This document shows positions 10,305 to 20,000 of a stretch of DNA of 20,000 nucleotides, piece by piece. The position numbers were made by a program, and so were the translations under genes. The first letter of the stretch is position 1. Each line of letters starts with the position of its first letter. Source of the DNA: Neovahlkampfia damariscottae (Eukaryota); contig JABLTG010000032.1 in the NCBI GenBank assembly GCA_016618085.1, positions 116,883 to 136,882 on the forward strand, given 5' to 3'. The notes beneath the pieces are model-generated. The model saw only the letters and a list, made by a program, of their open reading frames with translations. It ran no database searches and was not told where the DNA came from.

Positions 10305-10678
10305 TCAGGAACTTTTTCCTAAATAATTTTCAATAGCATCAATATAGTCTTCTTTTTCCTTTTTAACTTTCCAATTATTCATTTTGTTTGTAAATTTTTT
10401 ATTTTTATAAAGGTAAACTTTTCCTTTTGGTGTTTCTAAATAAAAGTCATCATGTTCTGATTTAATAATTCCATTATAAATATTTTTAGGTTTTTCAATG
10501 TTTTTATGTTTGATAAGTCGATAATTGGGTTTGTTTCTTTTATTTCATTCATGTAACTTTGATTTTTGTTTAAAAATTTTGTTGGTTTACCATTTCGAAT
10601 TAAATAAATTCTTTTTTTATCTTCTTCAATGTAAAAAGAATTTCTGATTGTTTTTATTTCAATTTTTTCTTCGGACAT
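10305..10678 (-). pseudogene. Small two-repeat protein gene broken by a -1 frame change
   Basis: Frame 0 (MSEEKIE...) stops at 10436. The -1 frame carries IEKPKNIYNGIIKSEHDDFYLETPKGKVYLYKNKKFTNK...LGKSS* ending at 10305. The halves share FY[IL]E...[IV]YL..N.K. I found no GT-AG intron that repairs the frame. Confidence 0.45.
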
Positions 10679-10804
10679 TTATATTTGAGTTTGGAAATTT
10701 TTTTATCCAAAAATAATTGATTTATTATTATTGGTTGGGAATTGTCAAATTGAAAAATAAAAATTTATGTTTTGTCAAAATTTTCCATAAATTACAATTC
10801 TGAA

Positions 10805-11074
10805 ATGTTTCCTTCAGATCTTCAACTTCAAATCCAATCAAAAAAAAATAAATAATCTCAAGAATACAAAGGATCCGAGAGCTCAAACGAAAAAGTGAAA
10901 TATCTTAATGAAGAATGTTATGACTTAGATTTTTATAAAGATGAACTTTTAAGTGATGAATGGGATTTTTCTGAGTATGATTTTTATTTAAAAGCATTCT
11001 CTGATAAAAGATTCAGTGATCAATTATTTGACAAATTATTAGTTGATCACAAATTTTTACTTGAAATGAAATAA
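10805..11074 (+). pseudogene. Small acidic ORF with an in-frame TAA at codon 17
   Basis: ATG 10805 MFPSDLQLQIQSKKNK, TAA 10853-10855, then the same frame stays open for about 72 codons (SQEYKGS...DEWDFSEYDFYLKAF...LLEMK*). Confidence 0.35.
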
Positions 11075-11396
11075 ATCAAAAATTAAATTTTTATTTTCTG
11101 GAGTTTTAACCATATCAAAATTCCCAAAAAATAATCAAAAATCCCACAAACCCATTACTTTTTTTCCACTCTACGTACTGCTCTTGAAAAAAGTTATTTT
11201 AAAATCACTTACAACCACTAATCAAATTAAAAATACACCCATTCAATCTCTTTAAATCCACCTTATCCACTATTTATATATTCTAATTTTCTGTTTCCAC
11301 TTTTTAAATTTCCAAATTAAAATATACAAATCCTTCCAACTACATTCAGTTTCCTTAGAAACTGTTAAGGTTGTTGTTCGGAATAACTAACCAATC

Positions 11397-13064
11397 ATGC
11401 AAAGTTTTTTTCTTTTACTCTTTGTAATCGTTACTTTTGCTGATGTCAATTTTTTGACCAAAATAGATCCGTTGATCCTTATTGATTTTAAAACTAACAA
11501 CAAAATTAATGCAAATATCCTCCTAAAAGAAAAACCAAATTTTACACTTTTTCATAATTTTAAAAACTCAGATGAGAAAGCAGAACAAATATTGAAAGAA
11601 GTAAGAACATAATTCAATTAATCTACAACAGTTGAAAGATATTGCAAAAACATCACAAAAATCATTAATTCAATTTTTAACACAAAAAAATAAGAAATTC
11701 ACTTCTTTTTATATTTCAAACATGATCCATGTTAAAAATGTAGATTTTGACCTGATCAAAGAAATTTCAACAAGAATAGACGTTAAAAAAGGTTCAGTTT
11801 TTTTCAACTAAATTTTTAGTGACAAGTGACAGTGGATGGAAAATTCAAATCTCAGAAAAAGCTCCATCAAAAAAAATGAATGAAAATAAACCTGAAATTG
11901 AATGGAATATTCAATTTGTGAATGCTACAAAAGTATGGGCCCAAGGAATTGACGGAACAGGGTTTGAAAAAATTTTAATTCATTTTTCAACAAGTTATAC
12001 AGTGGCAAATGCAGATTCTGGAATTCACTTTACTCATGAAGCTTTGATAAAAAATTATAGAGGCAATATTAAAAACTCAAAATTCCAACATGATTACCAT
12101 TGGTACGATGGAGTGCAAGAAGTTCATTTTGGTGGTTCAAAATGTGGAGTTCGCTCAAAATTTCCATGTGATGAAAGTAACCATGGCTCACATACTTTAG
12201 GAACAGCTGTAGGTGCTTCAGAAAAGAGAAAAATTGGTGGTAAGAAAGAAGATAAATTTTCACTTTTCCTGAGTTGCTCCAGGAGCAAAATGGATAGCTT
12301 GTAGAGTTTTGGAAAATGGATGGACAAGACCAGTTCAAATTATGCGTTGTCTTCAATTTTTTATGGCTCCTCATGATTCAAACGGAAAAAATCCAAACAT
12401 CAAATTGAGACCAATTTCAATCGGAAATTCTTATCATTGTCCCCATCATCCATCAACTTGCCCTGATACTGAGGTTTTTAAAGATGCTATTGAAGCATTA
12501 TATGAAGCAGGAGTACTAATGGTAGTTTCTGCAGGGAATAGAGGTACATGTGGGTCCATCAATGAACCACCTACACATTACGAAAAATCTTTTGTTGTGG
12601 GAGCTACACATTATAAGTCAATGGAAATAGCACCATTTTCTTCAAAGGGTCCTGTTTTAATTGACGGATCAAAAAGAAGAAAGCCTGATATTGTTGCTCC
12701 TGGAATTAACATTCGTTCTTGTGTCCCACCTGGAAATAGTTATTCATTAATGTCTGGAACATGTAAGATACTTCATAAGAATTCAATAATTTCTATAGCG
12801 ATGTCAAGTCCAATTGTTACTGGATCAATTGCATTGTTATATCAAGCAGGTTTTAGATCAATTTTTTTAACAAAAATATTTTATTTAGTGCCTGAAATTG
12901 CAAGGAATTTGAGTTGTGTCACAAGAATTCTTGAAATTACAGCTTTTCCAAGATTAAACTCAGAATGTGGAAGCCCAAGAACTCATCCAAATAATGTTTT
13001 CGGTTATGGAATTATTGACATTGAGAAAGCAGTAAAATATGCAAAAATACACAAATGCAAGTGA
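11397..13064 (+). CDS. Secreted subtilisin-like S8 serine protease (bacillopeptidase F-like)
   Basis: Signal peptide. Introns 11601-11631, 11792-11819, 11962-11994, 12240-12273, 12763-12798, 12850-12888. Catalytic motifs ADSG, HGSHTLG, SAGN, SGTSMS. Also GVAPGAKWIACR, KPDIVAPG, NNVFGYG. Confidence 0.95.
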
Positions 13065-13229
13065 TCAATTAAACAAATTCTTTTTTCTAGTTGTCCATTG
13101 CTCAAATCTTCAAAACACATTTCCAAGTTTAGAACTTGAATTTACAAAGAAACAGAAGACAGATTTTTTGTATTGAACAGTTTATTTAAATGAACTATTT
13201 GGTGTTCTGATGAAATTTTAGTTTCGACT

Positions 13230-13442
13230 TTACATTCCCTTTAGAAATTGTTGAACTTCTGCCACACTCCAGTTTCTACTCTTTTGTTCATCCATTAGTG
13301 TTAGGTTCAAAGAGTGCATGATAGTAGCTGCTGTATTGTATCTTCCTTTTCCAACGTTTTTGAAGTCAGCCATATCGCTGAGATGATATTCTGGATAGTA
13401 CTTCTTCAAAACTTGTACTTCATACTTTGTCAGTGCGTTCAT
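13230..13442 (-). CDS. Hypothetical small protein
   Basis: ATG 13442, protein-like composition (MNALTKYEVQVLKKYYPEYHLSDMADFKNVGKGRY...). The 3' end could extend through an intron. Confidence 0.5.
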   Translation of the reverse strand: MNALTKYEVQVLKKYYPEYHLSDMADFKNVGKGRYNTAATIMHSLNLTLMDEQKSRNWSVAEVQQFLKGM

Positions 13443-13641
13443 TTTTTGGTTCAATGTGATTCAATGAAAAAAATGAAGATCAGTTTTGTCTTCAAATCAA
13501 ATCACCGGATTTTTAATTCCGATCTGATTCGTGCGTCCATTTCATTGGTCAGGAAACTCACAGATTCTAAAAATAAATTATTGCTTAACGTTAAAAATTG
13601 AAGAATTAAACACGTGTTCATTATATTGTTCAAACTAAAAC

Positions 13642-14215
13642 ATGACAGTTGCTGAACAGAAATTTCTGGCTGATTTAGGACTACCTGGAGTTGCTAAACA
13701 TCTAAGAATACTTGGAGTTGATTGTGTTTGTGATCCAAAACTCACACCTGGATACATGGTTTATCAAGCACAAAAAGAAGACAGAATTATAATCACAAAA
13801 AGTATTTCATTAAAAAATAGATGCGACCAACATAATTTCAGGGTTAAAAGAGATGGAGATTCTAATTATGTGAAATACTATTGGGTGAATTCCTTAGGAG
13901 CAAAAAATCAAATAACAGAAGGTTTTTTTTTTCTTTTTTAATTTTGTAAAAGTTGTTGATGAATTCAAAATAAAATTCTTCAAAGAAAAATTATTTCGGA
14001 AGTGTGTACAATGCAATGGAGACGTAAAACAATTTGAAGACAAAATTGCTGTGAAAGGAAAAGTACCTGATAATGTATTTGATGAAAATGAAAAATTTGC
14101 TGAATGCCAAAATTGTTTAAAAATTACTTATGGAACAGAAGATGGAAATAAAATTCATCAAAAATGTTATGATGAAACAATAGATTATGTCAAAAAATAT
14201 TCATACCATGAATAA
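13642..14215 (+). CDS. Stand-alone Mut7-C RNase (PIN-like, DUF82-type) domain protein with zinc ribbon
   Basis: Intron 13922-13952. Motifs FLADLGL..VAKHLRILGVD, AQKEDRIIITK, KCVQCNG, ECQNCLKIYY. Confidence 0.85.
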
Positions 14216-14239
14216 AAAAAAAATGATTAATGAATTATT

Positions 14240-15001
14240 TTATTCTTTATGTACTTGCGTTGTAGTAGGTACTTTATAGCTTTGAACATATTTTGTTGAT
14301 GAATTTCTTTTAATCAAAGAATCAAGTTCTTCATCTGTTAAATCATCAGGCATTTTGATATAATGAGTATCTTTGTCATTTGTTGAAACAAATAGATTTG
14401 GACTTGATGAAGCCATAAAAATAAACATTCCAAAAATTCCAAGAACAAAAATAACAAATACTGAAACGACTCCAAAGAAGATTTTCATAGATTTTGAAGT
14501 CCATGAAGTTGGTTGAGTAGCTCCAATCGGTTTTATAACAGGTGGTGCTTCTGTTTCTTTTAAAAGTTGTTTAGGATCTATCGCATTTTGAACGTTAGCA
14601 GATTTTTCTTCAAGTGTTTCAAGAGGTGAAATATTTTTATCTTGTGATTCTTCTTCATCAGATTTTTCCTCTTCTGTTGTTCCATAATTGATTTGTGAAT
14701 TTCCATTGTTCCATGAGGCTTGTTGATCTTTTTTGTTTGTTGGATTTACTTCTGTTTTTTTTTCACTTTGAGCTGTGACACCAAAATTTCCTGAAGCATT
14801 CCCATTATTCCAGCTGCCTTGCTGTTCTTTCTTTTCTGAAAAAGATGGTTTTGATTCAGTTTCTTCTTCTTCATCTGTTTCTTCTGGATAATCCAAGTCA
14901 AGGTTGTAATTTTTTATGTCTTCTAATTCTTTCGATATGTCTTGAGTATTTATCAAAAGGAATAATGATAAAACTACGATGAGTAAAAACACTAACTTCA
15001 T
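14240..15001 (-). CDS. Single-pass type I membrane protein with signal peptide and acidic low-complexity ectodomain
   Basis: 253-aa intact ORF with an N-terminal hydrophobic signal and TM segment IFFGVVSVFVIFVLGIFGMFIFMA. Confidence 0.8.
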   Translation of the reverse strand: MKLVFLLIVVLSLFLLINTQDISKELEDIKNYNLDLDYPEETDEEEETESKPSFSEKKEQQGSWNNGNASGNFGVTAQSEKKTEVNPTNKKDQQASWNNGNSQINYGTTEEEKSDEEESQDKNISPLETLEEKSANVQNAIDPKQLLKETEAPPVIKPIGATQPTSWTSKSMKIFFGVVSVFVIFVLGIFGMFIFMASSSPNLFVSTNDKDTHYIKMPDDLTDEELDSLIKRNSSTKYVQSYKVPTTTQVHKE

Positions 15002-15159
15002 CTTTGATTTGTGATCAGGAAGAATTGATATGATTGGTTAATGGTTTTTGACTTAAAAAGATCAAATTTTGATTTTCTTTGTAGGAATCGATAATATTTC
15101 TGTAAAATTGATTCCTCAATTTTTTTTTTTTTGATTGGTTTCATTGGTTGAGCAGCAAA

Positions 15160-17938
15160 ATGGATGTTTGTGGTTTAGTAACAAACGGAAAATTTGAACT
15201 TCTTCAAACAAGTCATAATTTAAAACCATATCTTCCAATTTTAAGCTATACATATTATAACACAAATTCTTCACATTTATTCTCTGTACTTCAAAAATAT
15301 AGTGAAGTAAAGGACTGTATTGAGTGTCTTGAATTGAACTGGGAAAAATTTGAAAAAATAGAAATAAAATCTGAAGATTTAGAATATAAATTTGAAAATG
15401 GATCAACAGAAGACAGGATAAAGTAAGAAAAAAAAAGTTAAATTTTTCAAGAGTGGTTTTACAGGAAATTGAATTTATGGAAGGAAAAAATGAATATACA
15501 TCTATTTTATTTCAAAATGATTTATGGTTTGATGAAGTTTCAATGATTCTTTCCATCGCCTTCTTCAAGTTAGAAATGAACAAAAATTTCCTTTTAAAAC
15601 TGAACGAAAACTACGTTATATCTTTGATTTTAAATCATTCATACATGTTTGATGAAGTAAGAGAAAATAAAAAAGTTATTAAACTCCATTTCAAAGATAA
15701 TTTCAATTTTGGAAAATCGAACTGATTTGTTATATCAAATTTCAACTTTTTCAAATTATTTTGCACAAAAAATCAGATTCAAATACAGAAAAAATATCGA
15801 TTTATGTTTATCTATCAGTTCAAATTTAAAAGATACAACAAGTTTTATGTCCATTTTATCAAATGAAGAATTATCAAAATTGAAAACAATACCAATGGAC
15901 CTTCAACTAAAAGTAAAAAAAAAAAAAAACTAAAAATGGTTTACCATAGGATTTCAAAGGTAAATTATTTTTTAAATTCAATTTCCTGCAGGTTTGAAAT
16001 TGGCAATTAAAATTTCCGTTTTTTCAAATATTTGGGTGATTGAAAAATTAGACATCAAATGGGTATTCCAAAATCAAAAAAGAATATTATTGTTTCTATG
16101 TTTATGCTTGACAAATTTAAAAAATTCATTTGTAAACACAAAAAAAAAAAAATTAAAAAATTTCAAGGACGTTTTGAAAGAAACTTTGAAAAAATTAAAA
16201 GAAACATCACAATGTTTAGATACATTATTATTGTTAGCAACTTATATACATTCATCTGATTACAAAAAAATCGTTGAATTCGTTGTAAAAACAACTCAAA
16301 TTTCAACTATCGTTCAATTACATAATTTGGAATATTTAGACTTTATAAAAGAATTAATACCTCTTTCATACTTGGCTCAACAAATTTTAAAATCCACTTC
16401 ACTTCATGAAGATTATGTATTTCAATGTGTTCATCAATTACTCAAAGGTAAATTATTTCGAAAAATGGAAATTGATATTTCAAATTGGGTTTGGTCTGTA
16501 ATAACAAAAGAAAATCCAAAAACACAATTAATTTTTCCAATTATTATTTCCTTAGTTGAAAAGTTTTTCTTCAAATTTTTTTTAACACAATTTTAACACA
16601 GTTCAACAATGCATCCAAGGTTTAGTGTATTTCATAACACTCATATTTTTTTTTAGTTTTTCTTTTTGTATGAAATTATTCAAAGAAGATGATATCTCAA
16701 AAATATTTGAATCTGGTTCAATTTTAGTTCAATCTTTTCTTTTATATTATATTTTAAGTTATAATTCTTATCAAGAAGGTTATTCATTGGAAATTTTAGA
16801 TAAATGTGATGTCATCTCAATAATAGAGTATTTACAACTTGAAAGAAAGGAATTAGGTAATTTTTACAGTCAATTGTTATCATTGATTGTAGAACAACTT
16901 CAACATTTATTTCATTTTTCATTTTATTCTTCCAAGAATCATGCCATCAAGAATATATCTATTGATGCCATATTGGATCCTTTGAAAGACCAAAAGAAAA
17001 CAAAACATATTTTGGATTTACTGTTGATTTCTGATCACAAAAAATATGAAGATGATATCATCAAAATGTATTCAATTTTAAACCAATCATTGGAGACTGA
17101 AAAATATTTGAAGAGTTCATATTTAAAGTTATGGAGGAAGCTATATGGAAATTATCCGATGAAAATTGCCCTTAAAACTGTCAATTCAACACTCAACTTG
17201 GATTTACAAAATCACAAAGAAATTTACAAAAACATATTAGTTCTCTTTAAGATGGAATTCTTAGATGAAATATTTTTACAAATTTTGGAGTCATATATGA
17301 TTGCTTCAAGAAAGTACATTCAATCAATATCAAAAGATAAAGATCACAGTCAAATGTTGATATTAACACAAGATTCAACTATTATTCAAATTCTTTTGGA
17401 AAAATCATTGAAATTGAAATCAAAACAATTGATTTTTACATTCATTCATCAAAGATTTATTGAAAATCCAAACATTGCAAAAATGGTTCATTTCCAAACA
17501 TACCCAATTTCCTTGATTCAACATACAATTCATGGAATAGAATCAATGCGTAATTAATTGAATATTTTGAAATAACTTTGTTTTTTTAGACATTTGCATG
17601 GATTTCTTACATGAAATATTGAATCAAACTTCATTTGAAAAAAAAATATTTGGAATTGTTTTGACTTCCTATCTGGTTGAAAAATATCCAACTCAAAGAT
17701 GTAACCCTTTTTTTATCTAATCTTGAAAGGTGTTGAATTGACTAACAACTCGATAACTCAAATGAAGAATATACTTTCTAACTATTCAAATGAAAATAAG
17801 TATATGATTGTTCAATGTTTAGAGGCTTTCAAAAGATTCCACAAGACTTTTCCGTTTTTGGATTGTTATTCTGTGTTACAAAATTTGAAATGGAATGATG
17901 AAATCACACAATTGATCAATAATTTAGATTTGCATTGA
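15160..17938 (+). CDS. INTS2: Integrator complex subunit 2 (compact)
   Basis: Motifs LKPYLPIL, LFQNDLWFDEVSMIL, QDSTIIQILLE, FIHQRFIENPNIAKMVHFQTYP...GIESMHICMDFLHE. Introns 15423-15451, 15657-15696, 15913-15949, 15960-15991, 16563-16601, 16620-16656, 17550-17589, 17701-17729. Confidence 0.88.
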
Positions 17939-18057
17939 GAACTTTTTTTCATCATCGGAAAAATAGAGTTGACCATTCGGAGTTAAGTGATCAAGTTATA
18001 AATAGTTTTGAGGGTTATTTCATTGGATACTGGTATTTTGGGATTTATCAAACCAAC

Positions 18058-18350
18058 ATGACAAACGAAATTCATCTTATTCTCACATTTAAATTGAAAA
18101 AAGAAACAACTGATCAATTTATGGAATCATACAACAAGACAAAAACTGTTTTGGACAAATTTGATGGTTGCAAACAATTCATTCTTTTAAAAACACAAGT
18201 TGAAGATGAATATGTTTACTTCAGTTATTTCAATCACAAGAAGCAATCATGACTCACAGAGAATTTGAAGAAGTCAAAGAATTCACCACAGTTTTTGCAA
18301 AAACAAGAGTTGACTATTCCATTCTCTTCAAACAATGCACAACGATTTAA
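18058..18350 (+). CDS. ABM (antibiotic biosynthesis monooxygenase)/dimeric alpha-beta barrel-like protein interrupted by a -1 frame change
   Basis: MTNEIHLILTFKLKKETTDQFMESY...FDGCKQFILLK...DEYV in frame 0, then LLQLFQSQEAIMTHREFEEVKEF... in the -1 frame to TAA 18350. About 97 aa if repaired. Confidence 0.55.
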
Positions 18351-18378
18351 AAGAATAAAAATTTGAAGATGATGAAAA

Positions 18379-18690
18379 TTAAATGAAATAATTTACTGAG
18401 TTGTTTTTTGAGTTTTTAATAACTTCGTATTCAACACCATATTTCCTATTGAGGAATCTACAAAAAGTGACTGCAATGCAGTTATTACGAACATCAGTGA
18501 CAACTTTATCAAAAATGTTGCAAAATGAATCATCCTGTTCTTTTGATTTTTCAACTTTTACGATGATCTCTTCAACATCTTTTGCTAATTTAATTGGAAT
18601 GTTCACTTGTTGATAGGCGTCCTCTAAAAGGTAGTAATTTAAGATATGTTTTGCCATTTCCAATTCTTGAACTGGACCATAATTTCTATT
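18379..18690 (-). pseudogene. RGS-domain C-terminal fragment; upstream part degenerate
   Basis: AKHILNYYL...QQVNI...IFDKVVTDV...TFCRFL matches RGS helices 5-8. I could not reconstruct a continuous upstream frame towards 19200. Confidence 0.55.
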
Positions 18691-19202
18691 TTATCGTTCA
18701 TTCTTCTATCGAATTCAGAGGTACTTTCAATTGGCCAGTTAGTCCTTATATTTAAAGAAAACTTCCAAAATTGGAGAACGAAAGAGTCTTCTAAAAATGA
18801 GTTTTTTCTGCCTATTTTAGAAATTTAATACAAAACATTTGTTGGAGTTTCAGGATTGTAATTGGAAAAGTTTAAAAATCATTTTCGATGAAAATGGAAA
18901 GGAAAAAAGCAGAGCATCAAAAAATGGTAGGAAATTGCTATTTGGATTCACCATTAACGTTGAAGGAATTCAAACTTCTCCACAGCAGAATCAAAACAAT
19001 CTAAAGTCCAGTCTTCTTTCATAGTATTTTTCCACTTTTCTGTAATTCATATCCTCGTTCAGTTCTTCCAGAATTCTTGTCGAATTTTGGAATTTATTTT
19101 GGAATGTTCCAAAGTATAGGGTTTTAGAATGTTCCACATGTAGAAAAATAATTAAATAAAATAATTTACTGAATTATTGGATGAGTTTTTGACAGTTTCA
19201 TA

Positions 19203-20000
19203 AGTAGTAGAGGGGGAAAGTCCGGGTAACGTTTTAACTTTTTTTTATTTTCACCCCCCAAGGAAATGAAAAAAGCCCCTTTTCGCGGAAATTTCATTTT
19301 TTTTGACCAAATCCCCCGATATACCCTGACACATTTTCTTGCAGTCTCACGCCTCAACTCGGCGGTTTTTTGTCATTTGAAAATTTTGCTTACCTTCGTA
19401 CTTTTTTTTATCCATAATTTTATTGTTTCGGTTGACCTCTTTTATTGGTTCGGTGATACTCCGCTTTGGTTGGTCCAATTTTATGGGTAATAAAAACTAC
19501 GAGTTGAAAATTTTGGAGGTTTGGAAAATTTTTATTTTGGAAGTTTGAGGTTTCGAATTGGAAGAAAAAACAGTCAATTGGAAGATTTTGACCACTTTGA
19601 TTGGCTTATCCTTTATTTTGGAAGTTCGAAACATTCTAATCGAATTGACTAAACTAAATATTTATTCATAGCGCAATGTCCAACAACCAAACTCGTAACA
19701 TCCAAACATTTAAATTTATTTTTTGTTTTTTAAATTTTCATTATTGGCTTTCAATAATGAAAACTGTATTACAAAGTGTTTTAAATTAATTAGTTTTTTT
19801 TTGACCAAATCCCCCGATACACCCAGAGCCTTTTTCATGCCCTCACAGACCTCAACTCGGTGGTTTTTTGAATTTTGAAAATTTTATTAACCTTCGTACT
19901 TTTTGTTATCCATAATTTTATTGCTTGGTTGTCCGAATTTATTGGTCTGTTATATTGGGATTTGGTTGGACCAAAATTATGGGTAATAAAAACTACGAGT
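19203..20000 (+). mobile_element. Candidate left terminus of a large DNA element (Polinton/Maverick-like terminal repeat)
   Basis: Abrupt switch from broken coding DNA to a non-coding, G/C-run-rich sequence starting AGTAGTAGAGGGGG, followed by internal direct and inverted repeats. No element genes lie in the window. Confidence 0.35.
19297..20000. repeat. Diverged direct repeat, about 205 bp aligned, period about 497 bp (19297-19504 vs 19795-20000), with internal inverted repeats
   Basis: Shared blocks TTGACCAAATCCCCCGATA, CCTCAACTCGG.GGTTTTTTG, ACCTTCGTACTTTTT, TATCCATAATTTTATTG, TTATGGGTAATAAAAACTACGAGT. Confidence 0.9.

Noticed and set aside
19166..19490. ORFs 19166-19357 (-) and 19266-19490 (+)
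   Set aside because: They lie in the repeat region, the second copy differs by small indels, and there are no protein motifs.
19297..20000. CRISPR array or known RNA gene
   Set aside because: Only two long diverged units with no short repeat-spacer periodicity, and no tRNA/rRNA/snRNA signature recognised.
1..20000. Reassigned stop codons (ciliate-like code) as an explanation for the internal TAAs
   Set aside because: TAA and TGA terminate conserved genes at the expected C-termini, and long exons contain no in-frame stops.

Overview
Gene-dense, very AT-rich eukaryotic (protist-like) genomic DNA. It uses the standard code, has tiny GT-AG introns (28-42 nt) and carries a CCAAT/ATTGG box just upstream of almost every ATG. 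In order the window holds: a partial dual-specificity phosphatase, a PA-domain M28 peptidase, a small basic protein, a signal-peptide vSET-like methyltransferase, a YodQ/ArgE-like M20 deacylase, two tandem cytochrome P450s, a hypothetical protein, an intronless eRF1 paralogue, two small broken ORFs, a secreted S8 subtilase, a stand-alone Mut7-C RNase, a type I membrane protein, INTS2, a frameshifted ABM-like gene, an RGS fragment, and a non-coding repeat region starting AGTAGTAG that may be a mobile-element terminus. The top observation is that the eRF1 gene is split by ATT-TAA-C directly after its NIKS-equivalent motif. A +1 shift at that stop restores a gap-free 428-aa eRF1. This is the architecture of bacterial prfB (CTT-TGA-C) and suggests an autoregulatory shifty-stop circuit in a eukaryotic release factor. 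A pseudogene, a sequencing indel or a 28-nt intron remain alternatives. Family assignments come from motif recognition only; no searches were run.
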